A stretch of DNA of 64,000 nucleotides from Octopus sinensis (taxonomy: Eukaryota): positions 62,620,001 through 62,684,000 of the forward strand of contig NC_043009.1 of NCBI RefSeq assembly GCF_006345805.1. Reading direction: 5' to 3'. Under the pieces are notes generated by a model. It was not told the DNA's origin. It did not search any database and saw nothing but the letters and a program-made list of their open reading frames with translations. Within the stretch, counting starts at the first letter, position 1. The number at the start of each line of letters is the position of its first letter. The translations under genes and the position numbers were made by a program. This document shows positions 32,746 to 45,350 of the stretch, in pieces.

Positions 32746-35327
32746 ATTATTAACCATTCCTCTGTAGGCACCAATTTCCACAGTTCTTATTCTTAAGAGT
32801 ATTTCAAATTACTAACGGTAAATGTAATAAGACTCACTCCATTGACGAACACATGCCTCATTTATTAAACAAGTCGCTAATTATTTTCCTGTATTGTTAT
32901 ATTATGTTTAAATCTCTGGAGTAATCTTACTGAATGACTCTCCCCACCTCGAATCAACAAGATAGAACCAATTCAAGTGTTTCTTTTAGCACCATGCTAT
33001 ACCATTCTCTAATGTAATTCTAATGAGCTAAAATGACTCAGCAAAAAAGAATGTGATTCTGTTTATATTTACAATCTGACATTACAACTTCACAAAATGG
33101 TTTATATCTTGTTTGTATTTGTTTTCCATGGTTGGTCTTCTATATAGAATTCACCTCCTCCTACTTAACTTGTTTTATTTCAGTCTTTGAGAAGTATATC
33201 AAAAAATCAATACCATTCATTTATTTCCTTCATTTCCAGAGTATGTACTTAATATATCAGACCATAAGAGCTCTCCTCCATTCCAAATATAGAAAGTGAA
33301 AATGTATATTACGAGCTGTCCTTTATATATAACAGGTTTACTGCATGTCATTTGTATCGTATTACTCTTAACCGAAACACACATTTTCAATAAATCTCTC
33401 TAGATAAACTAGTCGCCCTCTTGTAAAAGAAAGGGATATCCTTTCTCTATTTTATTTTTAAAAGATTAGACATACGCCTATGGGGAAAGAATACCAGTCT
33501 AAGCCATGAGTCAATGAGAGAGAAAGAAGAATGTAGACAGAAATTATCGAGAGCAGGAGGTTGGGAAGGCTATTTATGTCTGCAGCACCCCTTGTTAGCT
33601 TCCACTGTGTTTAGAGTACAATTTCCCTTTGTTGACCTATTTAGTGTACGACTGACTGGATATGTTTCCAATATGTCATGCTTGAAGCGTTTTATTTTTA
33701 TCTTAATGTCATAATAGCATCAGGGTGAAAGAGAGAGAAAGAGAGAGGAACATTAGAGAAAAAGGTTGTAAAACAAACTGGCTTGTGAAAGAAATCTTTT
33801 TTCAAGTATTTGTGTTGAGTTTATTATCACTGTCAGAAATTTAATAAACACACAGCCATCTGGAAACCTGTAGAGTTCCTGACAACACTACTTACGATGG
33901 CATCTCACGATATTAATGGGTTTTTTTTAAGAGAGATATTTAGTGTAGAAAAAGAGAGAAAAAAAATACGCATTCTTGAAACAAACTGGAACATTTTCAG
34001 GAAGTATTTATAATTATTAATAATTCTCTTATTTTTATTCAAATAAATAATTTTCCCAATAACCTACATGGAGATATTTAATTACATGGCGATCTTAATG
34101 TTGAATGTCGAGTGGAAGTAGACAGATATAAGGGGTTATGCAGATCGCTGACTGATCTGATTTGAATATAGGATAAAGACGGAGATATTACGAGGTCAGG
34201 TGAACCTGAGGGTAATCTAATGTTGAATGTAATGTTAGAAAATATAAATGACGTCAACAAAACTTTCGTGACTGACAGAATTTAATTATAAGAGGAGTAG
34301 AAACATCAATGGGTGTGGCATAAGGTTTTTATGGGAAATAAACCGAATTTTGATGGCATGAAAATACACATACGGGCATATTTAGTTGTTCTCTAATTTC
34401 AGCTGCGCATATTCAGTGAGAAAAGTTTTTTACTGCATTAAAGAATGTAATGTTTTAAGCAACTTCGCTTACAGGACCTGAGTTGATGTTTGAGACATTT
34501 TTTTGTCATCAAATACAATATTCTGTCTACAGACACAAATTATGGTGTGATTAGGTTTAAATGCACAATTTGTAGACCATGTTATTTAGCAGGGCGATGA
34601 TGGAAACTCAATTACAACATTCTGAAGTATTCAGAGAATTGAATCTCACTTACATAATAAAACAAAAATACTCCAAATGAAACACATCATCTACGTATAA
34701 GAAGGTCACTTTGTTTCTTCAGTAAACTCCAACAAACTTACGTATACAATCACCCATCACCCACAAACTCACAGACACATCCATAACACCTTCCTAAGAA
34801 CACTATTCCCCACAGTCTGTGCAGACAAACAACCACATGCACACAAATAGCAACGTTAATATCTTGTAACGAGATACCCTTGCACCCAATTATAAAGTTT
34901 AGAGAAACAACTGCCACACTCCTAGATATACAAAAAGTCAGTCACAGTCACAGCTGGAAACCATTTGATCATAGGTTTTGCTCGATCAAAGCAAGCTTGG
35001 GAATAATCGTCAACAATAACAAGTTCACCTGTCTCCATTGAGACAGCTGTTGAAATTCTTTACAGGAGCTAAAATGTAGGACGAGAATGAACAGAGTATG
35101 AGAAGAGAAACAGAGAAGGATACCTGTAAGCACTAGGTGATTAAATCTAGTCTCTTTCGTCCTAGAATTAACACCTTACAACACCTGACTCTACCATGAC
35201 TTGCTATCATAACATCTTTTAGATGCAGATGGCAAAGTTTCCATTTTAAGATGCATTTGAAAAAAAGGCCTGAAGTAGTAAGGATGTCCGAGATTAAGAT
35301 AGCAAGTGAGAGAAACTTATGACCATG

Positions 35328-35366
35328 CATTGCTGAAGAGGTCTGATAAGACCGAAAAGTCCAGAG
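35328..35366 (+). ncRNA. Minimal type I hammerhead motif with one stem III substitution
   Basis: TTG-CTGAAGA-GGTC-tgataa-GACC-GAAA-A-GTC-CAG. Core and 4-bp stem II intact; GAAAAGTC instead of GAAACGTC; stem I only 3 bp including one G.U. Confidence 0.55.
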
Positions 35367-35461
35367 TTGTCAGCATGTTCTGCTAAAGATCAGACAATGC
35401 TTCTCCTCGCTACATGACGTGTTTCCGGGTTTACCAAATTAGAACTCTATTGCAGTTTATC

Positions 35462-35820
35462 TTTTATCTCTTACTTGTTTCAACTATTTGACTGCGGCCA
35501 TGCTGGAACACCGCCTTGGAGTACTTTTGGTCGAATGAATCGACCCCCAGTACTTATTTTTTAAAGCCTGGTGTTTATTCTATCGGTCTGTTTTGCCGAA
35601 TCGCTAAGTTACGAGTGACGTAAACACACCAACACTGGTTGTCAAGGGTCAGTGGAGGAAAACACATACACAAAGGCACGCGCACGTACTCCCCCCCCAC
35701 ACACACATGTATGTATACAAGAGGTTTCTTTCAGTTTCCGTCAACCAAATCCACCTACAAAGCCTCCACGCAGTGAGACTGAACCTGGAACCATGTAATT
35801 GAGATGCAAACTTCTTATCA
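35462..35820 (-). mobile_element. SINE group A with internal deletion
   Basis: Tail and core reverse complement; CORE segment missing. Confidence 0.8.
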
Positions 35821-37784
35821 CTATAAAAACTAAGCAACTGGCCAATATGGGGCCTGAACACACGACATTGTGGTTTTTATTGGCACGAATTACGAATTGC
35901 GAATAACGAATTTCAATAATTATTGTTTTATGTCTGTTTTGAGCTGTTACCCTTAGCTTTGTTTGATTTCATTAAGTATTCTTCAACATCTATCATAACG
36001 ATGTGTTTATGATTATTAAAAGTATCATGCTCGCCATATTAAGTTAGCACTTAGTTCACCATTTAAGAAAATTAGTCGTGTTTAACCCGAGAAAGTTCAG
36101 GGTCAAAGATGAAATGAAGTAAGAATGGTATGGAAAATGTTGCACAACTGTCCAACCCATGCAAATGATAAAATGAAATAACCAGATGTTAAAACAATAA
36201 CAGCTATAAAGATATTACACACACACACACACATGTATATAAGTATGTGGGTCGATAGGTATGTGTGTATAATGTTATTTATGTGTGACGAGTTGTAATA
36301 AGTAGGCTGTTAATCTTTTATCTTCCCATTACCAAAATTTAATAATGATATTGTCTACAAAAACGACATATAATGATTAATTAAGTATTTTCATTAAGGT
36401 GATGTCGTTAGAAGCTAATAAAGCTTTAAGCTTTTATATCTCCAGGCCATTTAAGAAGATGGTTTTACAAGGGATAGTGCAATGAACTCCATTCATTTAT
36501 TGCAGACCATAAAACTGCAAATCTTTCATTAATTTTCAAGACACGACCCAGGTTTGGTTGCGAGCCAGAAAAATCGATAGCCAGTCCATAATATTTCACC
36601 AGCTTTGCTATTATCAGCTATTACAAACTGCCAGCATCTAGTGCTGATATGCACACTTGGCTGAAGCACTTTAACTACAGATACGATACAAGAATAAAAA
36701 GAACAAAGAAGAAGAAAAAAAAGTAACTTTCGTTTACTGCCTTCCTTCTCAGCTCCCATTTTCCTATTGTTAGCATCAAAGAATGGCATATTAAAGAGAC
36801 ATTCAAGTAAATATTGACATTTAAGCAGTGTACTGAAGAAGAGAGAAATTAATAAGTAATGAATGATCACTCAAACAAGGCGAGACAACATAAATTCTTA
36901 CAGATTCTTTCAAGTCATTTGTAACATTTTAGCTTTATCATGAAATTGAAATGCAATGAAATGAAAATAATTAAATAAACGATAGTTTTGATAAAATGCT
37001 TTAATGTTCTGCGGCATTTTGTCCAAGACAAATGCTGGAGTTAAAAGATGCTTTCTGGAAACCTTTTATCGAGGAAACAATGCCTAGTTCTTGCATTATA
37101 TACTCTTTTTTTTCTTCTGTTAAAACGCAAACTGTTTCTAGTTGTAGCTTTTGAGAACCTCACAATTATGTGTGTTCGAGAGAGTCCCTTGGAATGTTTC
37201 CAGTCTCTTTCACCAGCTTAAATGAAATTTAATATTCTAGGGAAAGTTGGCAGTGGATGGGTGGGAAGCTGTGAGATTTCTTTCTTTGTTTAAAGTATGT
37301 TAGTGAAGTGGAATAACTGAAACAAAGAATTGAAACCAATCACAGACTCTTATCCACTAGAGACACACACACACATATATATGTATGATATACGCTGTGT
37401 GTACATACACATACATATCCCAACTGTTATCTCTACTTTATAAATTCGTCATATTATTAATTGCCTTTATATCTTTATAAATTATAAGGTTGCCATGAAA
37501 TCTTCACCGACACCATATTTTACTTCTCTCCTCCTCCTCCTCTTCCTACATCATACCGCCCCGCTTCCGAAACTGACCTCTCTCTCTTTCGCTCTCTTTC
37601 CCCTCTTACTGTAATGTATATAAAACATTGGTTTTTCTCTTTATTTATACAAGTTATTGTTGAAGAAAGGGAGAAAGAAATAGTACAAGAGGAGAGAGAG
37701 AGGGGGGGAAGGATGAAAAAGTATAGAGATAGACAGAAGAGGAAATGGAGGGGTGTCAAAGAGTGATGGAGAATGATTTGGAGG

Positions 37785-37975
37785 AGATAGGGTTGTTTAG
37801 AGGTCAGTCCTGGTTAAGTAAATATAAATCAAAAGCATTCCAGCTATGACCATCTCGTCTTTTGTTCGGGTATCATGTATTTAATACCACATAATCCAGT
37901 GTGGCCTTAGATATTAGCCTGTTAAAGATGGTGGAGTGGGAATTAAGGGAAATTTGGCTGCTACTTTTAGCAGGA
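37785..37975 (+). mobile_element. Old dispersed repeat family D; similar copies near 39985-40050, 40200-40440, 42955-43140 and 57690-57930
   Basis: Shared motifs AAAGCATTCCAGCTATGACCATC and GAGGGAGATTTGGCTGCTATTTCTAGCAG. Confidence 0.55.
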
Positions 37976-38290
37976 AAGGGAGGTGTAGAAACAGTGACGG
38001 GGGAAATAAAGTGGGGTGGAAAATGCTACGACTGAAAGTGAAAAAATAAGAGAGGAATAACAGATGTAGGGGAAGAGGTAGTGAAGCGAAAGAGAGAGAG
38101 AGAGAGAGTAATCGTGAAAAGCTTTATCCTAAAGGTAATTGAGACTAAAAAAAGAAATATCAGTGAAGAAAAGTAATCGACTGGAGAGTGGAGAAAGAGA
38201 CAGAGGAAGAAAAATAGAGGAAGTAAGGCAGATGCGGCTGAGAGAGAGAGATAAAATATGACCGAAGCAGTAAAGAGAAAGGGAGAGAGA

Positions 38291-38328
<38 letters not shown>

Positions 38329-39074
38329 GACACTGCATTCTTTAATTGCTATTCAATGTTATTTGCATTAAATCTGTGAGATCTCCATGGTTACATTCTC
38401 TCTCTGTCTTTCTTTCTCTCTTTCTCGCTGCACCGCCGCCGTCCCACTTATCTCTTGTGACCGATTTTGCACATTGACATGTGCAGATGGCGGTGGTAGA
38501 GACGATGGGTTGAGATGAGGGACTTGGAAATCGTAGCTGTGTGATGGTAATTGGGGAGAGAAGCTGATGATGATAAAGGTGCTATGCAATGGTAGTGATG
38601 AAGGAGTTCCTTAGTAGTTACAGAATTAGTCATCTGTTAGAGACAAGACTGCTTACGCGATGCTGTTTCTAACATTGTCCTAGCTACTTTGTAGTTATCT
38701 CCAACCATTTTATTAGTATTGTTAATAGTGGTGACGTTTTAACGAAGATCAGCTAAAACGCATAAATAAACAAATTTATCTTCTGTATAAAAGTATTATT
38801 TGATTCTGTCGTCTCCATGCACTGTTATGGAGTATAAACGACATTGCATCATGAATAAACCTAGTTTCTTTCAGCTATGATGTGCAAATATGGCCGTGGT
38901 CGAGGAGAAGAGCGAAAGCAGCAAAGGAAATAACCATTTACATAGATATTATTATTATTATATGGTTGCGAGAAAAGTGAAAGCTTTACATCATTCTGGA
39001 ATGGAAAGTCAGTAATGGTTTACAATGACTAATCAAAAGAAGGCAGCCAAGAAACATTAAACAAAACATAAGCA

Positions 39075-39084
39075 TATCTATCTG

Positions 39085-39115
<31 letters not shown>

Positions 39116-39128
39116 GTCTATCTGTCTA

Positions 39129-39192
<64 letters not shown>

Positions 39193-39274
39193 TCTATCTA
39201 CCTACCTACCTACCTACCTACCTATTTATCTATCTATCTATCTCTATCTATCTATCTATCTGTCTATCTGTCTA

Positions 39275-39338
<64 letters not shown>

Positions 39339-39367
39339 TCTACCTACCTACCTACCTACCTACCTAT

Positions 39368-39414
<47 letters not shown>

Positions 39415-39417
39415 AAC

Positions 39418-39476
<59 letters not shown>

Positions 39477-39660
39477 CAGATAGACAGAGCATACGATAAA
39501 GAAATAAGTGTACGTACGTACGTACATGCATGCATACATACATATATACACACACATACATAGATACATACATACGTACATATATACACACAGAGATACA
39601 TAGATACATACATGCATACATACCATCCATCCATCCATACATACATACATACATACATAC
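39075..39660. repeat. Compound tetra/dinucleotide microsatellite with a duplicated ~140-bp block
   Basis: [TCTA/TCTG/TCTA/CCTA/TTTA] series occurs twice, then (TA)n(GA)n and (CATA)n. Confidence 0.9.
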
Positions 39661-41100
39661 ATAAAGAAAATGTATGTATGTAAGTCTAAACAAAAAAGAT
39701 TCAATGCAATAATAATGTAGAGTATATTATTTATTTATTAGAAACTGGATATCTTAATTTGTAGAAGTGTTTCAAAATCGTTTCTCTCTCCTCTCTCTCT
39801 CTCTCTCTTGCACTTTCGCGCGCGCACACGAAATTTACACATCAGATAAAGTCCGCCATTGCAACAGGTGAATATTCTTACAGTTATTTAGCTTCAAAGC
39901 AATACTTATCGAACAGACCTATGATCAAAGGTTATGCGGCTGCATTATTTTAAGGGGGTATCTAAATCTAGATTTTTCAATACATCGTTCTTTATTTTAA
40001 AACGGTAGGATATGATTTGAGGGAGATTTAGCAACTACAGATAAATAGACAACTATCAAAATGTTAGTCTCGAGAGGAGTTAACGTAATTTGACAAGCTT
40101 TAAATCTTTGGCTTTTTGATTATTTTATCAAATGGTAATATTTATTCACATTGGTTATCATTAATCACACATTATCTTGTAACCTCGAGATTTCGACGAT
40201 GTGGTGTGAGAGGCTAGATTTGGTTGGTTTGTACATAAAACTAAGGTGGAATATTTAGGCTGGATATGGATAATTTAAATAACAGCCACAATTCCCTACC
40301 GTCCTAAAAAGAAGGAAGGACACATTGGATATTGTATAGTCTTTGATTCTGGTTCTTCAGTTTAGGTTGGAATGCTTCTGATCACAACCCACCTGGAGCG
40401 GTAGAACTAAATTCGATTATTTTCCAGCTTTGCATTCTAATATGACGATCTCTCCAGCTTAAACAGTAATAACCATTTCATATCGATTAAAATTTTTTAG
40501 AGCTGTTAAAAATTACCGTCTCTAATTAGTTTTGATTGCCAACTCGACTCGTTTCTGTTAACCTTTTGTCTGTTCTGTATATTACGCGTCCATGCATCAT
40601 ATATGACACACATTCTCAATTTTTTTTTATTCAACCACCAGGAACAACTTCGGATTTATGAAGGAAAAGCTTTTCGAAGGTTAAGCCTCATCGTGGTGTG
40701 AAATCATTACAGATTAAACTGACCTGCCTGAGTTGTAAACAGGAACAAAACTCGCGGACAATTTATAATTTGTAATTAATATTTAGTAGCGATAGATGAG
40801 GTGTTAATGTCAAAAGGTAATATTTATTCCCACTTAAAAGGCGATGCTGTGTTAGAACAGAATACGACGATTGTTACCATGAGAGAAACTCATATGGACT
40901 TGTGGTGCATATAAGCACTCGTGGTTATATCATGAGTGGGATATAATCATCAGCTTTCACCACTGGGACTATCAGATCACACGATTTCGACCTTCCTTGG
41001 CCTTGTCAATGGTAGGTGTCTGAAAGCTAAAGACAGCAGCGATTCCTCCGCTAGCAATATACATGATTCATTTAAGGGGAGGCTAAAGATATATATATAT

Positions 41101-41198
<98 letters not shown>

Positions 41199-41459
41199 TG
41201 AAGATTTTCAAATACTAACTGTAGAAAGACTTAAGATATAGAGATCAACTTTCCTGAAGGCTGTTCATCACCCAAAATATTTGTAAACCAAAACTATTTT
41301 TCCCATGTGAAATTCAAGACAAGGCACAGCGAATGTTCTCCTGCTGATACTTCCAGCTTGTGTGTTCATTACTGGAGACATAGTTCATCACCCGAGACAT
41401 TTTATGCTAGAAAAATTGTTCATAAACCGATTTGTCTGTGATGAGAGGCGTTCATAAAC

Positions 41460-41750
41460 TGAGGTTCAACTGTACTTCTCAGCCATCCCTCTTTTTCACC
41501 CACTATTTCTGGGAGGGTCATGGGTGGGTAGAGTCCTCAAACACTTCTTCCATAGGATCCTAGCGAAAGCAGCAGTCATTAGACTTACCGGCTGGATCCC
41601 CAAGTGTGACTAACTCAGACTATGGACATTATCGTGCCATTTTGTCCTAGGTCTCCTGCCAGTTTGTTTGACTCGGAGAATCCATCTAGTGATGTTTTCC
41701 TGCTAGACACTAATCAAATGTCTGTAGTACTGGACCTGTCAATGTGGAGA
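41460..41750 (-). pseudogene. RTE/Expander-like LINE C-terminal remnant
   Basis: YYRHLISV*QENITRWILRVKQTGRRPRTKWHDNVHSLS*SHLGIQP (cf. GRPRTRW.D..W..LGI.P). Confidence 0.7.
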
Positions 41751-41751
41751 A

Positions 41752-42058
41752 GTAGTGACTCAACTTTTTCGAGCTGTCACCCCCGTGACACCCAGGCCAC
41801 ATTCCTAATGCCCCCCCCCCCAACTAACCATCACAAGCATAAACCTCTTTCTGAAGCAAATTCAAAGCAACTGTATCTCACAAATAAAAATTAACCTAAT
41901 GAACTCATTATTTTGTTGATTTTTACATGAATCACAACTCCATTATTGCTCCAATTTTTACATGAATCGCTACCCCATTATCACCCCACTTTTCTTCAAC
42001 ACCCCCTTGGAACTTTCCACCACCTCCAGGGGGACAATATTGCCTGCTTTGGGTAATG
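41752..42058 (+). mobile_element. hAT/Charlie MITE-1, second copy
   Basis: GACACCCAGGCCACATTCCTA...CAAATTCAAAGCAACTGTAT shared with 29052-29296; termini eroded. Confidence 0.75.
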
Positions 42059-42308
42059 TTATTAACCAATCTCCCTCACTCAGCTATGTGGGTTTAAACC
42101 ACAGATCCTAAATTCTGTCTGTAGACAGAAAACATAATTTAGTTGTGAAGTATATTTGCCATTTAAATATGTCTAACCCCTAAGGGTGGATGCTACTGTA
42201 GCTTGTAGCCCCAGGAGGACACTTCCTCCAGCTAGCTATTGACACACTTTCTGTGCCCTATCGGTATTTGCAAAGGAAAGCCATCCTTCCCGTCTTCAAC
42301 CTATGATA

Positions 42309-42353
42309 CACACGGACTCGAGTTTCTGGGTATTGACCCGTCATCAGCGTGTG
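42309..42353 (-). ncRNA. Type I hammerhead ribozyme, near canonical
   Basis: Minus strand: CACACG-CTGATGA-C-GGGT-caat-ACCC-A-GAAA-CTCGAG-TC-CGTGTG. Stem I 6 bp perfect, core intact, GUC triplet, stem III ACUCGAGU self-complementary; only defect is a C.A mismatch at the base of stem II. Confidence 0.8.
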
Positions 42354-42744
42354 ACAATGTCGATGAAAAGTAGATTCCCTTTGCAAATATATATCCTTTT
42401 TCCAGTGATGTAAAGACACACTTTTATAATTTAGTTGATCTCACAGAAAACTGTGATGCAACATCCATTTGTATTTCTACAATCTTTCCTAAAAGTTTCT
42501 TTAAATTCTGTCAGTTATGAAAGTTATGTTGCTGTCATATTTTCTACATTGCATTCACATCTTATCACTCAGTGCTTTACCTGATCTTTGACATATATCT
42601 CCAGTCTACATTCTGTTATTTCTCAGACCCATGGATATCTTTCTTCTACAAGTGTAGGATGCTGCAAAAGCAAATCATGGAAGATGCTCTCCTTTCTCTG
42701 ACTAAACGAATTGAGTGATCGCACCAAACAGTTATGAGTAAACT

Positions 42745-42850
42745 GTAATCTGCAGGACTTACTTTGAATATTTGTAGTAGTGCAACCTGCCTAATGATGA
42801 GTCATGTCTCATGTGGCCCGCTTCCCCAAAAAATGTTGTCCATACCTGAG
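42745..42850 (+). mobile_element. hAT/Charlie MITE-2, partial
   Basis: CTAATGATGAGTCATGTCTCATGTGGCCCGC...GTTGTCCATACCTG. Confidence 0.6.
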
Positions 42851-43538
42851 CTAGAAGCTCCCTTATTAACTTATATTAACCCACAGCTGTCTATATTTGT
42901 AAATTACTCTCAATAATAAGAGTCAGTGATTTGAAGAAAATTACTTTTTTATCTTGCATGGTCAAGATATTGCTTACTCCCTCCAGGTCAGTGCCAATGA
43001 AGAAGACCAATGATCAAAGAGTTCCAGCTATGAGCGCCACAACTTATCTTTAGACAATGCATTTGAAACATTGTGTCCTTCCTTTTTAAGATAGTACGGT
43101 GTGTTTTGAGGGGAATTTGCCTGTTATTTCTAGCAGATCGAGAAATCACCAGAGATAGGAGAGAAAAGTTAATAGTAGATAATAATAATAATAATAATGA
43201 TAATGATGATTATGGTAGAAATCTAAAAGATAATATATTCAAAATGTAATTTACAATTCAACTGGATTTTAACAATTAATTTATCGTTCAAAACCAATTG
43301 AAATTTTCGTTATGAAAATGAACCAAAACTGAGAAAGTGTGAATCAATAAACTGAGGAAATCAATTCAGACACTCGGTTTTGTACAAAAATCCTACCCAA
43401 TTAAAGGATAGAAAAAGATAGAATTATGTCTTAAGAGGCACAGAAGTAATTTTGGCGTATCTAGCTAATATGGTAATTACATAACAATCTCTCTCTCTCT
43501 CTCATACACACACATATATATTGACATATGTAATTTAC

Positions 43539-43604
<66 letters not shown>

Positions 43605-43811
43605 TTGATGGGCATCAGCTACCTTCGGCCTGCAAGTGTGAAAGGGCACAATATTTCTTCTTGCTTATCATATCTATTAAGAAGAGGCACCAAATTGTCT
43701 TAGACTCCTAGCACTAAGGACCATCAATTTAGTTGACAGGATTTCACTTATCACCTCTCTCAGTAGAAGTTCAAATCCCACCGAGATCAACTTTCGAATT
43801 ATTGAAATACC

Positions 43812-44004
43812 TGTAATGGTGAGGTTTTAATTAGTGTAGTTACCAATTGTAATGGGTAAGATTGATTAGGTACACAATAATATGAAATGTTGGAGTCAGC
43901 AGTTGCAATGATAAAAATTTGTTGTTATAACAGCATGTTGTAGGATGTGAAAGATGAACAATGCATGAAGTTTTAAGGAAATATTTATTTACCGTTACGT
44001 TACA
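43812..44004. mobile_element. Solo-LTR-like element (193 bp)
   Basis: ATACC|TGTAA ... TTACA|ATACC: TG...CA ends, 5-bp terminal inverted repeat, perfect 5-bp TSD. Confidence 0.6.
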
Positions 44005-44089
44005 ATACCTTGCCTCGACAAGCAGGTTATGATAAATCCAAAAGCATACAAAGTAAAGTTTGTGTTTGTGCCCTCATCATTGTTTAGTA

Positions 44090-44510
44090 GTAATTACAGA
44101 GAGAGATAGAATGATGTTAATAAGAGAACAGAATTAGAGCTGGTGAGAGTTGTAGGGTGTTGTCTCACATTTGCTGACAGTAAACTTTATTTCTCCCTCT
44201 GACCAAGGTTCTAGCTGGTCAGCCAGACTTCATTGTCACCAAAATAACTAACTGGTTGAGTCATCACTGATTTTTGCTTGGGGTGTTCTTGCTTTTATAA
44301 CTATCAGAAGGATAGACATATCATTGAGAACAATAGATTTAGTTGGTGGTCTTGTTATCTCTATTCTAGCTTTTGGTGAAGTAGAAGAGGTTAGAAAGGG
44401 TCAAGTAGTGAAGACATTATTTTGGCCTAGCTAAAGGCATCTGGAAAATGTAAAACTGCTGTCAGAGAAAAACCATTGTTCCACCGTGGGAACAGTTCTG
44501 TTGCAGTGTT
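44090..44510 (-). pseudogene. Possible LINE AP-endonuclease remnant
   Basis: Weak: SHGG, GDNEVWLTS (cf. GDFNVH..WL.S); heavily decayed. Confidence 0.3.
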
Positions 44511-45132
44511 AATTTAAATTTGGTTATGGTAGATTGAATCCACTTCATGCATGCAAGATCCACTATGTACCTGTTTCGTATTGGCACAGATTTATATTCC
44601 TAAAACGTGCTCTAGATAGGATTAGATTTATAAAAGAAAACAAGACAACAGTTTGTTTTTGTTTGAATTTAATTAGTACTGTTTCAATCGTTGGTTATTT
44701 ACTGATACCATGGGAAAAAATTATTGGCATACTGTCTATTGAATTTAAATATAGGTTAAAGAACAAGAGAAACTCCTATTGAACTGTTTACGCAGTTTTA
44801 TTTTTGGGAAAGGGATGGACTTCAAAATGTTTTATTTTCTATTTTCCTGGATCTTTATATGAGTAGCCAAGCCTAGAATCGAAACCTTATAGCTTCAGTA
44901 ACAAGGACCAACCTACATTTAGTTCAAGTGATGTGCCCTGATTTCCAAGCAACCAGCTAATTCTGGGTCACAAAGAAGACGTAGGCACACACACATATGA
45001 TGTACAGACAAGCCCTTTAAACAGACAAGTTTCCTAGGTTGCAGCTTCGTCCCGGGTTAAAGAAATCTTCGATTATAATGGACAGAGTATTATTCCCGCG
45101 TCTCACGCGAAGCTAATCGTTTCTCTATGAAC

Positions 45133-45350
45133 TAAGGTGAGCTGGCAGAATCGTTAGCGCGCCGAGCAAAACGTTTAAGGGGCATTTCGCCCGTTTTTAC
45201 GCTCTGAGTTCAAATTCTGCTAAAGTCAACTTTGCCTTCTATCCTTTCGAGGTCGATAAAATAAGTACCAGTTGCTCTTTGGTATCGATGTAATCGACTT
45301 ACCCCATCCCCCCGAAATTACTGACCGTGTACCAAAATGTGGAACCAATG
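45133..45350 (+). mobile_element. SINE group B
   Basis: GGTGAGCTGGCAGAATCGTTAGCGCGCCG...CTCTGAGTTCAAATTC...GGTCGATAAAATAAGTACC. Confidence 0.85.

Noticed and set aside
36529-36674. Minus-strand terminal exon after a strong polypyrimidine acceptor
   Set aside because: Peptide KVLQPSVHISTRCWQF...CLEN not recognised and no partner exons; needs RNA-seq.
40642-40679. 38-nt micro-exon (EQLRIYEGKAFR)
   Set aside because: Weak donor (GTTAAG) and no supporting gene context.
41583-41735. Minus-strand exon with strong donor CCG|GTAAGT
   Set aside because: All three frames of the 147-nt candidate contain stops and the sequence is explained as an RTE remnant.
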